DNA of 63,519 nt, the filler included, from Olpidium bornovanus S191 (taxonomy: Eukaryota > Fungi > Olpidiomycota), in assembly GCA_017911155.1 (NCBI GenBank). It is 25 parts of 25 records of this genome, joined end to end, with 100 filler letters (N's around TTAATTAATTAA, not from the genome) between each part and the next. Parts side by side here need not be neighbours in the genome. Positions count along the whole stretch, not along the records: positions 1 to 4,705 come from JAEFCI010005019.1; positions 4,806 to 8,140 come from JAEFCI010001547.1; positions 8,241 to 11,274 come from JAEFCI010002719.1; positions 11,375 to 15,321 come from JAEFCI010006843.1; 21 more parts are not named here. One strand, given 5' to 3'. The notes below the pieces were generated by a model that did not search any database, had not been told where the DNA came from, and saw only the letters and a program-made list of their open reading frames with translations. Of the stretch, positions 1 to 14,039 are shown one piece after another. Numbering within the stretch: the first letter of the stretch is position 1; each line of letters opens with the position of its first letter. A program made the position numbers and the translations under genes.

Positions 1-45
1 ACATGCCCCGAGAGGGGTTTGACACCACCGGAGCGCGCTCCGTGA

Positions 46-992
46 CAGACGCAGCAGCTCGAAGGGGAATTCCAATGTTCCTGGTCTGAGTCAGAACTCT
101 TCCTGGGAATTCGCGTCGTCAAATACGAAAATGGATACTCACTGTATCAATCACACTACATCGAACAATTGCTCGCTCATTTCTGTATTGATCAATGCAA
201 CGGCGTGGCCACTCCTGTCGATCCTGGTGATTTGGCGCCGCGCACAACTGATGAAATTCCCACTGACCAGACTCGCTTTCAAGAAATAATCGGCACATTA
301 CTATATGTTGCCGGTTGTACGAGGCCCGACATTTCCGCTGCTGTCCATCTCCTGGCAAGGTTTTCCGCAGATCCGTCTACATGCCATCTCGCGTCTGCCA
401 AACGCATTCTCCGCTACTTGAAATACACCAAAGATCACGGTTTGCGCTACTATCGTGAACTTCCTGCAAATCACGCCAGTCAAGATTTACACGATTACAT
501 CGACAATGATCCGACCGAACTCGAACTGTATGTTGATGCCAATTTCGCCGGTGACATCCAGGACTGTAAATCAACATCTGGCTACGTCCTCAAGTTTGCC
601 GGTGCAGCCATTTATTGGAAATCGCGAAAACAATCACTCGTCACGCTCAGTGCCACAGAGGCCGAATACGTCGCGCTTTCCGGCGCTACTCGCGACGTTG
701 TTTGGCTTTGTCGCGCCGCCATCGAGTTCAGCATCCTCTCACCGGACTCCCCAATTCCTACATATACTGACAGTGCTGGCGCCTTGGGACTTGCCGCAGC
801 TGTCCCGACACAGCAAACGAAGCATATCAACATTCCCGCCAATTTGTCCATCAAGGCATCGGCTACAGGATCATTCACCTCACGCATGTGCCTGGTATCT
901 CTAATACTGCTGACACTCAAACGAAAGCGCTTCCTCGCCCACGTTTTGTGGCCTGTTGCGTTGAGCTTGGCATTGAACCCATTCCGGCGTAG
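46..992 (+). mobile_element. Ty1/copia retrotransposon RT C-terminus + RNase H, frameshifted
   Basis: LFLGIRVV..YQSHYIEQLL..F..C..VATP, YQ/FQEIIGTLLYVA..TRPDIS, YVDANFAGD..D.KSTSGY, W.S.KQ.LVTLS.TEAEYVAL; after TKHINI the RNase H tail (RQFV..HVPG.SNTADT.TK.LPR..F) continues in the -1 frame from about 837 to a TAG at 990-992. Confidence 0.93.
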
Positions 993-1128
993 CGTGTCAC
1001 GATTTTTGCAATTCCCCCCTCGCGTTATTTTACCTTCCATTTTCCTGAGAGGGCCATTTTGATTTCCCCTCTCCTCACTCATGTTTCTGCTCCATTCCCT
1101 TTATGTTCTCTTTCCTTTACGCACGAGC

Positions 1129-1657
1129 TGTTAGAGAGGGCGACTTAAAATTAATTGATTAAGAGTTATTACGCCCAGCGCTGTGCTCCCCGCTCTTTCC
1201 CACTGAACTCTCATACACAATAAAAGAAGAACGCGAACTTTTTTTGACTGATATTACAGTATATCTCCGATCCCGACGCCAGTACCGGAGCCGCAATATT
1301 GGAGATTGCGCACCGGTACGCGGTAGGGCGCACTGGTACACGCAGCACTATCTAGAACACACGCCGTATGACCGCGCTGGTGCCGGCATTAGGCCGCGAC
1401 TATATAAAGCGCTATGCTCTACGTACTTTTAGACGTAATAACACACACCGTATGACCGCGCCGGTGCCGGCATTAGGCCGCGCCTATATAAAGCGCTATG
1501 CTCTACGTACTTTTAGACGTAATAACACACACTCCAGATCCAGAGCTCCGAGCTACATAGTTCACATCCAGACGCAGATCTAGATTCCAGAGCTAGGCTC
1601 GTGTATTTACTATCTCCAGATAGCGCTCCGCGCAGATTAGGTAATACACTTGTTACA
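1129..1657 (+). mobile_element. LTR-like sequence (5' boundary uncertain) ending TGTTACA
   Basis: Contains TATATAAAGCG boxes; 1452-1657 is clearly similar to 33554-33754 on another contig and the similarity stops at TGTTACA(GT). Confidence 0.6.
1357..1532 (+). repeat. 84-bp tandem duplication, each copy carrying a TATA box
   Basis: gtatgaccgcg...ggcattaggccgcg.ctatataaagcgctatgctctacgtacttttagacgtaataacacacac occurs twice with period 84 (ATG at 1368 and 1452). Confidence 0.95.
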
Positions 1658-2647
1658 GTCTATAAAAATCTTAATTAGTATATAGTATATAGGATAATTA
1701 CATCAAATATAATGCACGGGCAAAAGAAAGGGAGGGTCGGTGCGCGTAGTGTCTAGTCGTGCCAGAGGCCCCCTTTTTCTCTACACCCCCCTCTCCCCCC
1801 CCCCCTCCTTCCCCGTTCAACGCGCGCGTTCTTTTTATTTGGCTGGACGAGGCGGCGGCGGAGAGGGGTGATTTTCCTGCCGCCGGCCACAGCGCACGAG
1901 CCGGGGCAGGACTGGCGCGCGTCTCCCTCTTCCTCCGCCAGCAGTCGGCGACGGCTGGCCTTTCCTATTGCGTCTCCAGGGCAGCGGCTCTCGAGGTGGA
2001 CGCGTACACTGTTCACACGCAGCACGCTCGCGTGCGTTTTTGCGTGCACGGGTGAGTTGCGTGGGCGCGCGTCACGTTGCGCAGCTGCTCGGGGGCGGGG
2101 GCGGGGCGAGTAACGAAAGCCCTCTGGACCAATCACAGCGAGCGAAAGACAAGAGGGAGCGGGAGAGGAGCGGAGAGAGAAAATGAACGAGAGAGAGAGA
2201 AAGAACAGAGAAAGAGAGAGCGCGCACGGCGGCAGGAGAGAAAGAGCGAGAGCGAGGAGCGAGAGAGAAATGAGTCCAAGAAAATCAACGAGTCTCCCTC
2301 CGGTTTGCGGGGCCTCCTTCTCCCTCCCCCGCGGCAACCCGCCGAAAAGCGGGAATGGCCCGTGAGACAAAAAAAAAAAAAAAAAAAAAAATAAAGTAAA
2401 ATAAAATAAAATAAAATTATATCTGTGTCGCGTTGGCGAATCTTTATCCACAAGGTTATATTGGATCGAATGGATCGATTATATTGCCTAAAGTTAGGGA
2501 ATTTTGGCAGTGGAACCTGAGCCTCAAGTAGAACATAGAGGAAGAAAGAGAGACAGAGAGCGAAGAGAGAGAGAGAGAGAAACCAGGAAAACCAGTGACG
2601 CCCCGCCCCCGCGCTTCCTCCCCGGAAGGGCCCGGGCGCGTCGCCAG

Positions 2648-4705
2648 ATGTGCTGCTCGGGCGCGAAGTGGAAGAAGGAGACCGTCCACGACCACAAATT
2701 CGACTTCGTCGATGTCAACGACTTCGTGGAGCGGAGCTGCGTCACGAGGCTGAAGCGTAGGGGCAAACGACATCAAAACATCTCATGTCCGAACGCCCGC
2801 CTCCCCGCCCCCCCCCCTACCCCCCCCCCCCCGCCCCCCCCCTTCCCCCCCCCCCCCCCCCCCCCCCCCCCCACCCCCCGCCCCCTTCCCCTACTCCCGA
2901 CGGGTAAACTGACCCTCGTTTCGCTCCCGCCGCCCGACCCTCGCGGCCGTTCGTGCCCTCCTTTTTTTCCTTTTTTTTTTTTTCTTATACCCAGACTCGT
3001 TCATCTTCCTGCTCGTGTTGAAGTCAACCCTCGTCTACTTCGCAGACCTTTACACGGTCACCTCCCTGTTCGTCTTCTCCGACAGATGGCGGGCGTCCGG
3101 AGTTGAGCCGGCGATACCGTACCAGGCCTCGCGGATCATCTACTCGTTCTGCATCTCGGCCTCGCTGCTGCTGCTGGCGTGGGACGCGCTGAACGCGCTG
3201 CAGATCATCCGCTCCGGAGACATCGGCCTCGCCTTCACCAGCCCGTTCGCGTACAAGTGCTACGTCCTGAGGTCCTACCCGCACTACTGCTTCTTTTCGC
3301 ACATCAGCGATTCGAAGAAAGCCACGGACGAACTTGCTTTCTTCGTCTTCTTCACTCTGAAGGGTGCGCGCGCGCGGGCGGGATTTTTTTTTTGTTGATT
3401 CTTTTTCTTTTTTGCGAGGGGCGGGGGAAGGAAGGCGGGGGGGGGGCGCGCGGGAGGGGTGGGGCGAGAGGGGGAAGAGGCTTGGGCGCGTTTTTGGCGC
3501 ACGAGGCTCATTTGCGCAACAGGGCTGGCAGAACGTTTGAGTGCGGGAAACGCCCATAATTTTCTTACGATCGCTCCACCGTTTCCCCCCCACTTTCTTT
3601 TCTATTCTTTTTTTTTCCTGTTTTGTTTTCCTCGTTTTATTCTTTCTCCTTTTTTTCCTTTTTATCTCCTTTTCTTTTTTTTTCTTACTTTTCTTTTTTC
3701 ATTCTTTCTTTTCTTGTTTTCTTTCTCTTCTATCCTTTTATCTTTTTTTCGTTGTTTCATATTACTTCTTTTCCTCGTTTTTCATCTTTTTTCTTTTTTT
3801 TTCGTTTCTTTTTTTGTTTTTTTCTCTTTCTTTTTTTTTTCCTTTTTTTGGTTTCCGTTTTCTTTAGGTTGGAAGCGGATGATGTTCGCCGAAGCACCTC
3901 GCCAGATGGTAGCAGGGTTGACCCTCCATGCCTTTCTGACCGAGCAGACGTTCAACCTCCAGCATCCGCTCGATATAATCCGCAATAAACCGCCCCAATA
4001 CACGTCGTTCCTGATCATGCTCTTCACTTTCGTCGTCTTCCTGTTTTCGGCGCTCCTCACGTTGTTCGCCGTGGTTGTCTACGTGCCGCTGCTTTGCCGC
4101 ATCCAGGGCAACCTGAAAGAGTATTGTTGCCACAAAATTGACAAGCGAATTGGCGAGATCCTCCGGAAGAGATCCCGGCGGCGCTTCGCACGCGCGGTCA
4201 AGAAGCAGATGATCGAGGCGTTGCGTGAGGCCGCTCCCGGTAGCGACACCCATGACCCCGCGGGCCCCCCAAAGCCGACCCTCCCCAACGTCAGCATCGA
4301 AGAGGTGTGTGTTTACGATGAACCAATCTTCGCGGACGCGGGGCGCGCCGTCGGCATGCAAGCGGAGTGCGATAGTTTCGGAAAGTACTGCGGTAGGTTT
4401 CCCGCGCAGCGGTTTTGAGCGCCTGCTCCGGACTACGTTGTTGGTCGTTCGTTGCTGGACGCGGCCTTTTGAGTCATCGCTTTTGTGCTTCGTCGTCTTC
4501 AGCAGATTATTCCGACCGTAACAATGCACTGGCCTACGTGCAACAGCATCCGGGCGTTTGGAAGCCGCTCGACCGAAGGCCTTCCGATGCACCGTCCGCG
4601 TTTTCGGTACGGTCGGCACCGCATCCGGGAGGCTACCGTCGCCATTCCCCTCCAGCTCTCAGTGAACCCTCGTCGACCCCTCCTTTACTCGCCCACGAGA
4701 ACATG
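2648..4705 (+). CDS. KCH1: Kch1/Prm6-family fungal potassium transporter (spliced, 3' truncated at gap)
   Basis: MCCSGAKWKKETVHDHKFDFVDV; VLKSTLVYFADLYT; AFTSPFAY..YVLRSY.HYCFF.HI; AFFVFFTLKG/WKRMMFAEAPRQ; exons 2648-2756, 2995-3363, 3868 onward with GT..AG introns that restore frame. Confidence 0.85.
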
Positions 4706-4805
4706 NNNNNNNNNNNNNNNNNNNNNNNNNNNNNNNNNNNNNNNNNNNNTTAATTAATTAANNNNNNNNNNNNNNNNNNNNNNNNNNNNNNNNNNNNNNN
4801 NNNNN
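4706..4805. other. Artificial contig linker (N-run, TTAATTAATTAA, N-run); the same linker recurs about 24 times
   Basis: Identical 12-mer, which has stops in all six frames, centred in every roughly 100-nt N block. Confidence 0.97.
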
Positions 4806-7418
4806 CATGAAGTAAACTCGAAGAGGGCAGCCTGGCCGAAGGGCCCTATAGACCTGGTTCCCGTCCCGCAACCAAAGACTTGTAAGTTTCTGCTGACTCG
4901 AAATCGCTCCTCACAAGTAAATCACCAGAAAATTTCTACGACTTCAAACCGCCGACCTCTATGCGCCGGATAAACGCCGGGTCAGGATCATAGAGTACGA
5001 TGTACTTGGGCTGGATTTCCTCAAGTACCACGTCGTCGTCCTCGCCGGTGTAAGGGCGCACGATTACAACGCGGTCCTGGGGTAGCAGGCCGTAGAGCGA
5101 CTGGTAGCGATTGTCCGCTTCCAAAAACGTTTCCAAGGGACCCGACGTCGCTGCAGTAGACAGGACCTCAGCCTGCTCCACGTTGTGGAGGCTTCCCGGC
5201 GTTGGTCCTAATGTCAGCCCGACTGACCTCAAACTCGCGGCAAAAAAACCAAAAAAAAAAAACCAAAAAAGGGGGCGCAACAGATAACGGCAACGTACTA
5301 CGTCGAAATTTCCGACGCTTCTTGATCAAACGACAAATCCCGTCCGCCGGTTCCCGGCGAGAAGGATTCCGCGGCAACAGAGCCTCCGCGGACCCGCCGC
5401 CTCTTGTTCGGAGGCGGGGCACCTCCACGACTTCTTCCGAGTCCGCCTCGAGTGGTCCCCTGGGCGGTCGATCCGTGCGCCGACGAAAGCTGTCCCGTGG
5501 TCATGAACAAGTTTTCCCGGACTTGGTTGATCCCCGCCTTCCACTTGAGGTGGCTGGCGAGCAACCTCCTCAGCATCTTGCGGCCGCCGGGCGTCGTGCC
5601 TGGATCTGTCTCCTCTGCACCCAAATCCGTAGACGACAGCAGCTCGCGGATCTGAAGGCACTCGCGCTCGTCGTTCGCCATGACGAGAACGGGTCCTTCC
5701 AGTTCGCCGCAGCTTCCGTCGGGGGCCCTGCCAGACGACGCGGCCGCCTCGTGCTCGATCTCCTGCAGTATGTCCCACAGCAGCCGCCACTTTGGCTGCT
5801 CCTCGAGGATTATCCCCGGCGGGCATCCCGGCAACTCGGCGCTCCGTAGGAACTCTTCGGGAACTCCCCTCTTGTACACACGTTCCCGTGCGACCCTCAC
5901 AAGCGTATTGCCGGCGTCTGTAAGCAACCAGGGCGATTGCTGCCAAGTTGAAAAACCGGTGGCACCTGACGGGTTGGGAGAGTTGCTGGCCAGGATCGCC
6001 TCAAGAAAAGCGTGGAATGTGACGCAGTCGTAGGATACCATGTAGCTTTCTCGTATACCGGAGCCCCAAAGGTGCCGCAGCAGGACCACAGGTAACCCGT
6101 AGCGGCGAGGTCAGCAAGCTCGCGATCCTGACTCCAAAACTTTGAGCAGTCCAAGGGCAAGGAAGAAGCGGGCTCAAAGTCTACCATACTCACGACATAA
6201 GCTTCCGCAGGGTGTTCATGTCTCCCACCAACTGCTTCGTCCTGTGGCCAAGCTTATGCCATATCGGGTCCAGCTGCCGTCGGATGAGAACGTCGAAGCT
6301 TTTGAACAGGGCGTTTTCGACTGTCATCTCATCTACCACGACTAATTTGCTCGCGCGCCGCAGCTCAGCGAGGCAAGCGTCCATGCACTCGATGATTGCA
6401 TTCTGCACGTCTTTCATCATCTGCGTTAGCGGCTGGCGCAGCTCGATGACATCGGCCTTGGAAGTTTCCAGGGTTTCCTTCACCGTCACTTGGAACCTTC
6501 TCAAAGGTCTTATTAATGCTTCGAGGCAAAGGAACAGGACACCAAAAGGCATTTAAGTAGACCTTGCCTGATCACAAACCTTGGCCAAATAAAAACTTTT
6601 TGCAGGTACAGCAATTTTAACGTCCGCTCCAGCGGCGCAAAGCCGGTGCACAGAGCCTCCGGGCAATCCGTGAACGCTTTGATGAAGCCGGCCTGCCGCA
6701 AATTTTCCGGTGGTTAAGGTCCGAACACTCATACCACAGGCAGACGTCAAAAGGACGCAGAACGTTTTCAAGCACATTGTTCTCTTCCCGATAGATCCGA
6801 ATGATGAAAGCCTCGGTTGACGTATCCGTCACGCTGGACACCGGGCGTGGTGGTGGCGGTGGTGGGGTCAGCCCACGACGAGAACAAAGCAGCGTAGCCG
6901 TCGTGCGTCGACGCAGCTCCCGAGCGCGCACCGTTCCGCGTGGTTCACCAAAATGCCTGTCACCAGATGTACAGGAACGCGCTTGTTCAAGAGGTCCACA
7001 ACGAAGATGCGAGAAGTGATCGCCACCACCCCTCCGGCCTTATAAAGCTCTGTGCTGCCGCCGCGCGCGGACGCAGCAACGACGGCGGAAAAAAAAAGTT
7101 AGGAGAGGATTTCTTTCCAAGCCGGCCACGTTTTCTTTCTATCTCTCTCGCGCACCGTTCCGCAGACGGCGTCTCGTTGTTCACCACGCGCAGCCGGAGC
7201 GCCTTCTTCGTTCCCCGGCAGGCGAGTTCGTCGGCCAGGGCGGCCTGCTCGTCCTTTCCCGTGTTGAGCAGAAACACCAGGTTCGTGGACTCGGCGTACA
7301 CGGCGAGAAGCGTGGCGAGGATCTTCCTCAGGCCGAGGCCCCTGGCCAGGACCACGAGGCCGTCGTCGTCCAGCAGCTCAGTAATGAGCTGTCGCTGGAA
7401 GGGAAGGAGGTCGGACAT
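4806..7418 (-). CDS. RAD1: XPF/ERCC4 (Rad1/Rad16) endonuclease, N-terminal helicase-like part (spliced, 3' truncated)
   Basis: MSDLLPFQRQLITELLDDDGLVVLARGLGL; ALYAGFIKAFTD.PE; DVLIRRQLDPIWHKL..TKQLV.D..TLR.L; YDCVTFHAFLE; EEQPKW; IQPKYIVLYDPD..FIRRIE; VYRA.RPG.PLRVYFM. Confidence 0.93.
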
Positions 7419-7427
7419 TTTTTTTTC

Positions 7428-7459
<32 letters not shown>

Positions 7460-7529
7460 CGGGCAGACGAGCAGAACGGCGTGTGAGGCGAGGCGGGCGG
7501 GAATTTGTTGAGGGCACCGGGCGGGCAAC

Positions 7530-7560
<31 letters not shown>

Positions 7561-7589
7561 TGGGTTCGTATTGGGGAACCACGCGGGTT

Positions 7590-8140
7590 GGCTAAACTGG
7601 AAGTCTCTTGAGATCGGGGGAAACGCTCCAATTTGCTTAGGTTGAGTTCATCTGTCACGTGAGATGGGGCGTTATCCATGAGGAAAGAAATTTGCGCCTT
7701 TCAGTTTTCAGATCCTTGTCGAAATCCTTTAACCCTTTCTGGAACAGAACAACGCCGATCCACGCTTTCTTGTTGATGCAGTACAAGAAGCTGGGTTCCC
7801 TAGTAGGCTCCTTTCCAAGGCATTGCAGTTTTTATCGCATGGGCGACGAATAGCAACTTCAGCTGTGGGTCCTGTAAGCATTTGCCATGAATGAAATTGT
7901 GATCCGCATATCGTCTTGTCTGAGGCCTTCGGTGTGAGATTGCAAATTGTCCACGATAGAGTCAAAACAGTGGAAAAGTGCAGTTTTGTCCATTTCATGG
8001 ACGTTTTTGGCGTTGTATTCATGAATCTAATCTTGGAGCCCCGGCAATGCTTCTCCAATGGCTGCAATGTGTATTGAGCCAGGTTTCCAATAAACGGCGT
8101 AAAACTTCAATCTGTGATGGTTTTTGAAAGCGTGCGAGCC
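7590..8140 (-). pseudogene. Degenerate pogo/Tigger-like (DDE_1) transposase
   Basis: Across broken frames: FKNHHRLK, EYNAKNVHEMDKTALF (cf. NMDETGLF), RITISFMANA, FLYCINKKAW, ISFLMDNAPSH, TSSLANP; several stops and frameshifts. Confidence 0.75.
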
Positions 8141-8240
8141 NNNNNNNNNNNNNNNNNNNNNNNNNNNNNNNNNNNNNNNNNNNNTTAATTAATTAANNNN
8201 NNNNNNNNNNNNNNNNNNNNNNNNNNNNNNNNNNNNNNNN

Positions 8241-10645
<2,405 letters not shown>

Positions 10646-10719
10646 TCACCTTGGAGCCCAGGAAGTGGGACTAAGAATGCGGGGAAAGAAAAGGAGGGAG
10701 AAAAAAGAATACATTACGA

Positions 10720-11100
10720 ATGCAGGCCCCGGTTCGCAGAATAATTCACGACATTGTGGCCACTATGCAAGCTCAAGCCTATATGGAAGTCAATGCCGCA
10801 CTCCCCGTCATCAAGCACCTCACCGACGAGAACATTTTGGCCGGAGTTGTTCCGTGCAAAGCTGATCCAGAGCTTACAGAAGGTGATGGTGACAATGGTG
10901 ATGAGGTGGATGCTTATGCCGGGGTCGTGGACACTCTGCTAGCTGGCGTCGAGAAAAAGTCATCGGAGTTTGGTGAGGCTGAGAAGGTGACTAGGCTTCT
11001 TGTCGCTTCAGGCGTTTTGTTTTTCAAACAGATCATGTCCCCGCATAATACCCTGGAGGACTTCTTTGGCAACGACAAGAACAAAGTATGTACCGATAGA
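10720..11100 (+). pseudogene. Possible pogo-family transposase C-terminal relic
   Basis: HLTDENILAGV, an acidic stretch, then HNTLEDFF resembling the terminal QxxLxxFF PCNA-binding motif of pogo transposases. Confidence 0.35.
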
Positions 11101-11374
11101 TTTGTCTACGGTAGCCTGTGTAGTCTCTCTGACTTATCGAAAATAGTACAACCCCGTCTATAACAGCCATTACAGCCTCGGGAGGTCAAAGGTTGTAACA
11201 TAAACAGTCTTCCCTAAGATAAGCCATCACCCCAAATGGAATGGCTTTATTGCACGTTGACTAATTTTGTGCTANNNNNNNNNNNNNNNNNNNNNNNNNN
11301 NNNNNNNNNNNNNNNNNNTTAATTAATTAANNNNNNNNNNNNNNNNNNNNNNNNNNNNNNNNNNNNNNNNNNNN

Positions 11375-13551
11375 AACGAGGTCAGCGGTCGGGTCGTAAC
11401 GCGAGCAGATGCGGCCGCTCGGCGGGCATTCAAGACACCAGAGCCCGGGCGGACAGTCCTGCAACAGGTCCTTCCCGTTCCGGTCTCCTCTCATGAACCG
11501 CGCGAAGGCGCCTTCCCGTCCCGGGAGCACCTGGAGTCGGGTGCGCGGCAGCCGGACGTCGATGGTCATTCGCGGCCGTCCGAAACGGAGCGGGAGAGAC
11601 GCGACGGCGCCGCCGTCGTCGGGCGGGGTGGCGTTCAGAAGTCGGGGCGCGACGACGTCCGTGAACCCCGCGCGCAGTTTGGCGAACGGAAGCCCCAGCG
11701 GCTCGAGGCTCGTCCCGTCCGGCAGGTCCAGGAAGTGCAAGCTCTGCGCCAGTGACAGGACCTGCATCGTGAACCCGAACGGCAGTACGATGCCCGCCCG
11801 CACCGTTCCCGTCGTCGCGGGACTGAACGCGGCCTCCGGCGTGAAGTCCATGGCCAACGCGACAATCTCCAGGCTGTCCAATAAGTTCATCTTTGGCTGC
11901 GTGGGAACGTCCAGAGCCACCGAGAGGACCGCCGTCGCCTTGTCGAGCCACCGGGGGCGACCGGTCACGGTGCCCAGGCACTTGACGACCACCGGTGAAG
12001 CCCTTCCGGCGACGGTCGCAGAGAAGAATTTGGACACAGCCCGTAGACTCGCGGGAGAGTCCCGATGTGGAATGAGGCGGCCTTGGAGTTCCAGGGCGCT
12101 CACTGCTCCTGGGGCTATCGTCACCGGGCCGCGCGTCTCGAGCAGCGCCAGCCTCACGCCATCCGGGAGGTCGAGTGCAAACCTCATCCCTTCGGTGAGG
12201 ACGATCCCGACGTTTGAGGGGTTGCGAATGGCGGCCGCTGACGTAATGATGATGCCGCCCTGGGGGGAGTCGCCGGGCAGATCAAACCCAAGCAACGTGA
12301 TGTCCTTTAGCCCACCCATACCTTGAGTACTGGGCGTTCCCGACATCAGGTTTGCGGAAATGGGTCAGCAAATGCGTATTCGGTTCGGTGATGGTCGGCA
12401 CGCACCGAATTGCAATTTTTTTTTTCTTTGTTTTAAACGGCCGTCGGGGGAGGCGTTTCAGTCTGTCGGGACGGACAGATCGTCCCGGCCTGTAGAGGCG
12501 CACCTTTAAGCGGCAGTGACTTCCGCAGCTTCAAGCCGCGGACCCTGAGGGCGCCGCCCATCAGCGCAACACCGAGCTCGCCGCGGACCTCCCAGGACAC
12601 ATCGTCGGCAGCGAATAGCCTCTGGCAAAAAGCGGCCAGCGCTTCCTGGTCCAGGACGGCGAACGCGGTCTCCACTTCGAAAGGCTGCGGGGCGGCGCCG
12701 GGGCCGAATTTCATCGTCATCGGTGGCATGGAAAAAGTCCCGAGGGCGTTCGAGCTCTCGTCGAACACCGTCAGCGCCGCCGGCTCGGTGCTCGCCTCCA
12801 CGTCCGGCGCCAGCGAGGACGGTTTCTGCGCGAGGCTCACCCGGCCCAGCACGCGGATGCGCAAGGACGTTCCGTCCGGCGACAGGCGGGTCAGGTAAAC
12901 CGTGTCGATGGACATCGTCGCTTGGTCCAGTGCTGCCTGCGCGGTACGGGGCACGACGACGCAGCACACGAACAGGGCCGTCCCGGCCGCGAACAGGAGC
13001 AGAGCCAGGAGGGCCAGCGCCACCCGTGCCCGGCGGGGCATACGCCGCTTTGGCGCCGGCGCCCCGGAAGCCGGGCGCGGGGGGACGGGACCCGGCCGGG
13101 CCAGCAGGGGCGCCGCCTCGCTGTGAGCGGCGGCCGCGGCGCCCTCCGGCTCGGGGTCGTCGTCGTCGACGTCGTCCCGGCGAGCGGACGACAGGACCGC
13201 CGGGCCCACCGCGGCGCCTCCACCGGCACCCACGCCCGGCTCTTCCCCGTCCTGCATCGCAGCAGGACGGGGTGGATCCGTGGCATCAACGTCGTCCCAC
13301 ACGCCGGCCCCCCCGAAAACGGACGCCGCCTTCTCCTCCTCCCCCCACCGGGGGGGCGGGGGAATGTCTGGGGCCGGCACGCCGCCGTCGGGGTCGCCCC
13401 AGCCGCCCGCGCGAGCGCCGGCGCCTGCCGCCGAGCCGCTGCCGACTCCGGCGCCCGGGGTTGCGACACGTTCGTCACCTTCTCCTCTGGCTCCGCCGTG
13501 TGGCAGTCGGCCGCGGTCCTTGCGAGAGGGCCTGCCGTAAAGCCCTTTCAT
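11375..13551 (-). CDS. DUF3712/Tag1-like single-pass membrane protein (spliced, 3' truncated)
   Basis: Disordered N-terminus, TM helix (ALALLALLLFAAGTALFVCCVVV), then GGLKDITLLGFDLPGDSPQGGI.IT....IRNPSNVGI, typical of DUF3712. Confidence 0.75.
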
Positions 13552-13645
13552 GGCGGTTTTTTTTTTTGCCGGCGGCGGAGTTTTTTCGCCTCGTCGGATT
13601 AGGGTTTCCCTTTCGCTCACCTTTCCTGCCTCCGGCGCGGGGGGG

Positions 13646-13681
<36 letters not shown>

Positions 13682-14039
13682 AAAACCGGCCCTCTTTACT
13701 CTCAATCCCCGTTTTTCGGCACCGCTTGGTCGTCACGATCAAGCTGCCTGCGCGTGAAGGAAATGAACGAATTGAACTACACTTGCAGTGTTGGTTAGCA
13801 TTTATATTAGCATTTACGTTATTTTAAACAAAAGGAAAACCGCAGGAGGGAAGAGAGAGAAAGAAAGAGGAACGTCGGAAAGGCGCGTCGACGCCATATG
13901 CACATACGTATATGATATATATATATATATAGTGCAATTGTATTTGATCAGGTGCGGATTGGCGATGCCCCATGTGAAAGACGCCGATAGTAGCGTCGAT
14001 ATCTGTTTGTGTTAATTTTGAAAACGCGGCCGTTTGACT

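Noticed and set aside
4750-4761. Recurrent TTAATTAATTAA as a biological motif
   Set aside because: Always centred in N-runs of fixed total length; it is an assembly linker.
11142-11162. tagtacaaccccgtctataac as a pogo terminal inverted repeat
   Set aside because: Wrong orientation for the end of the upstream relic and no partner repeat in the window.
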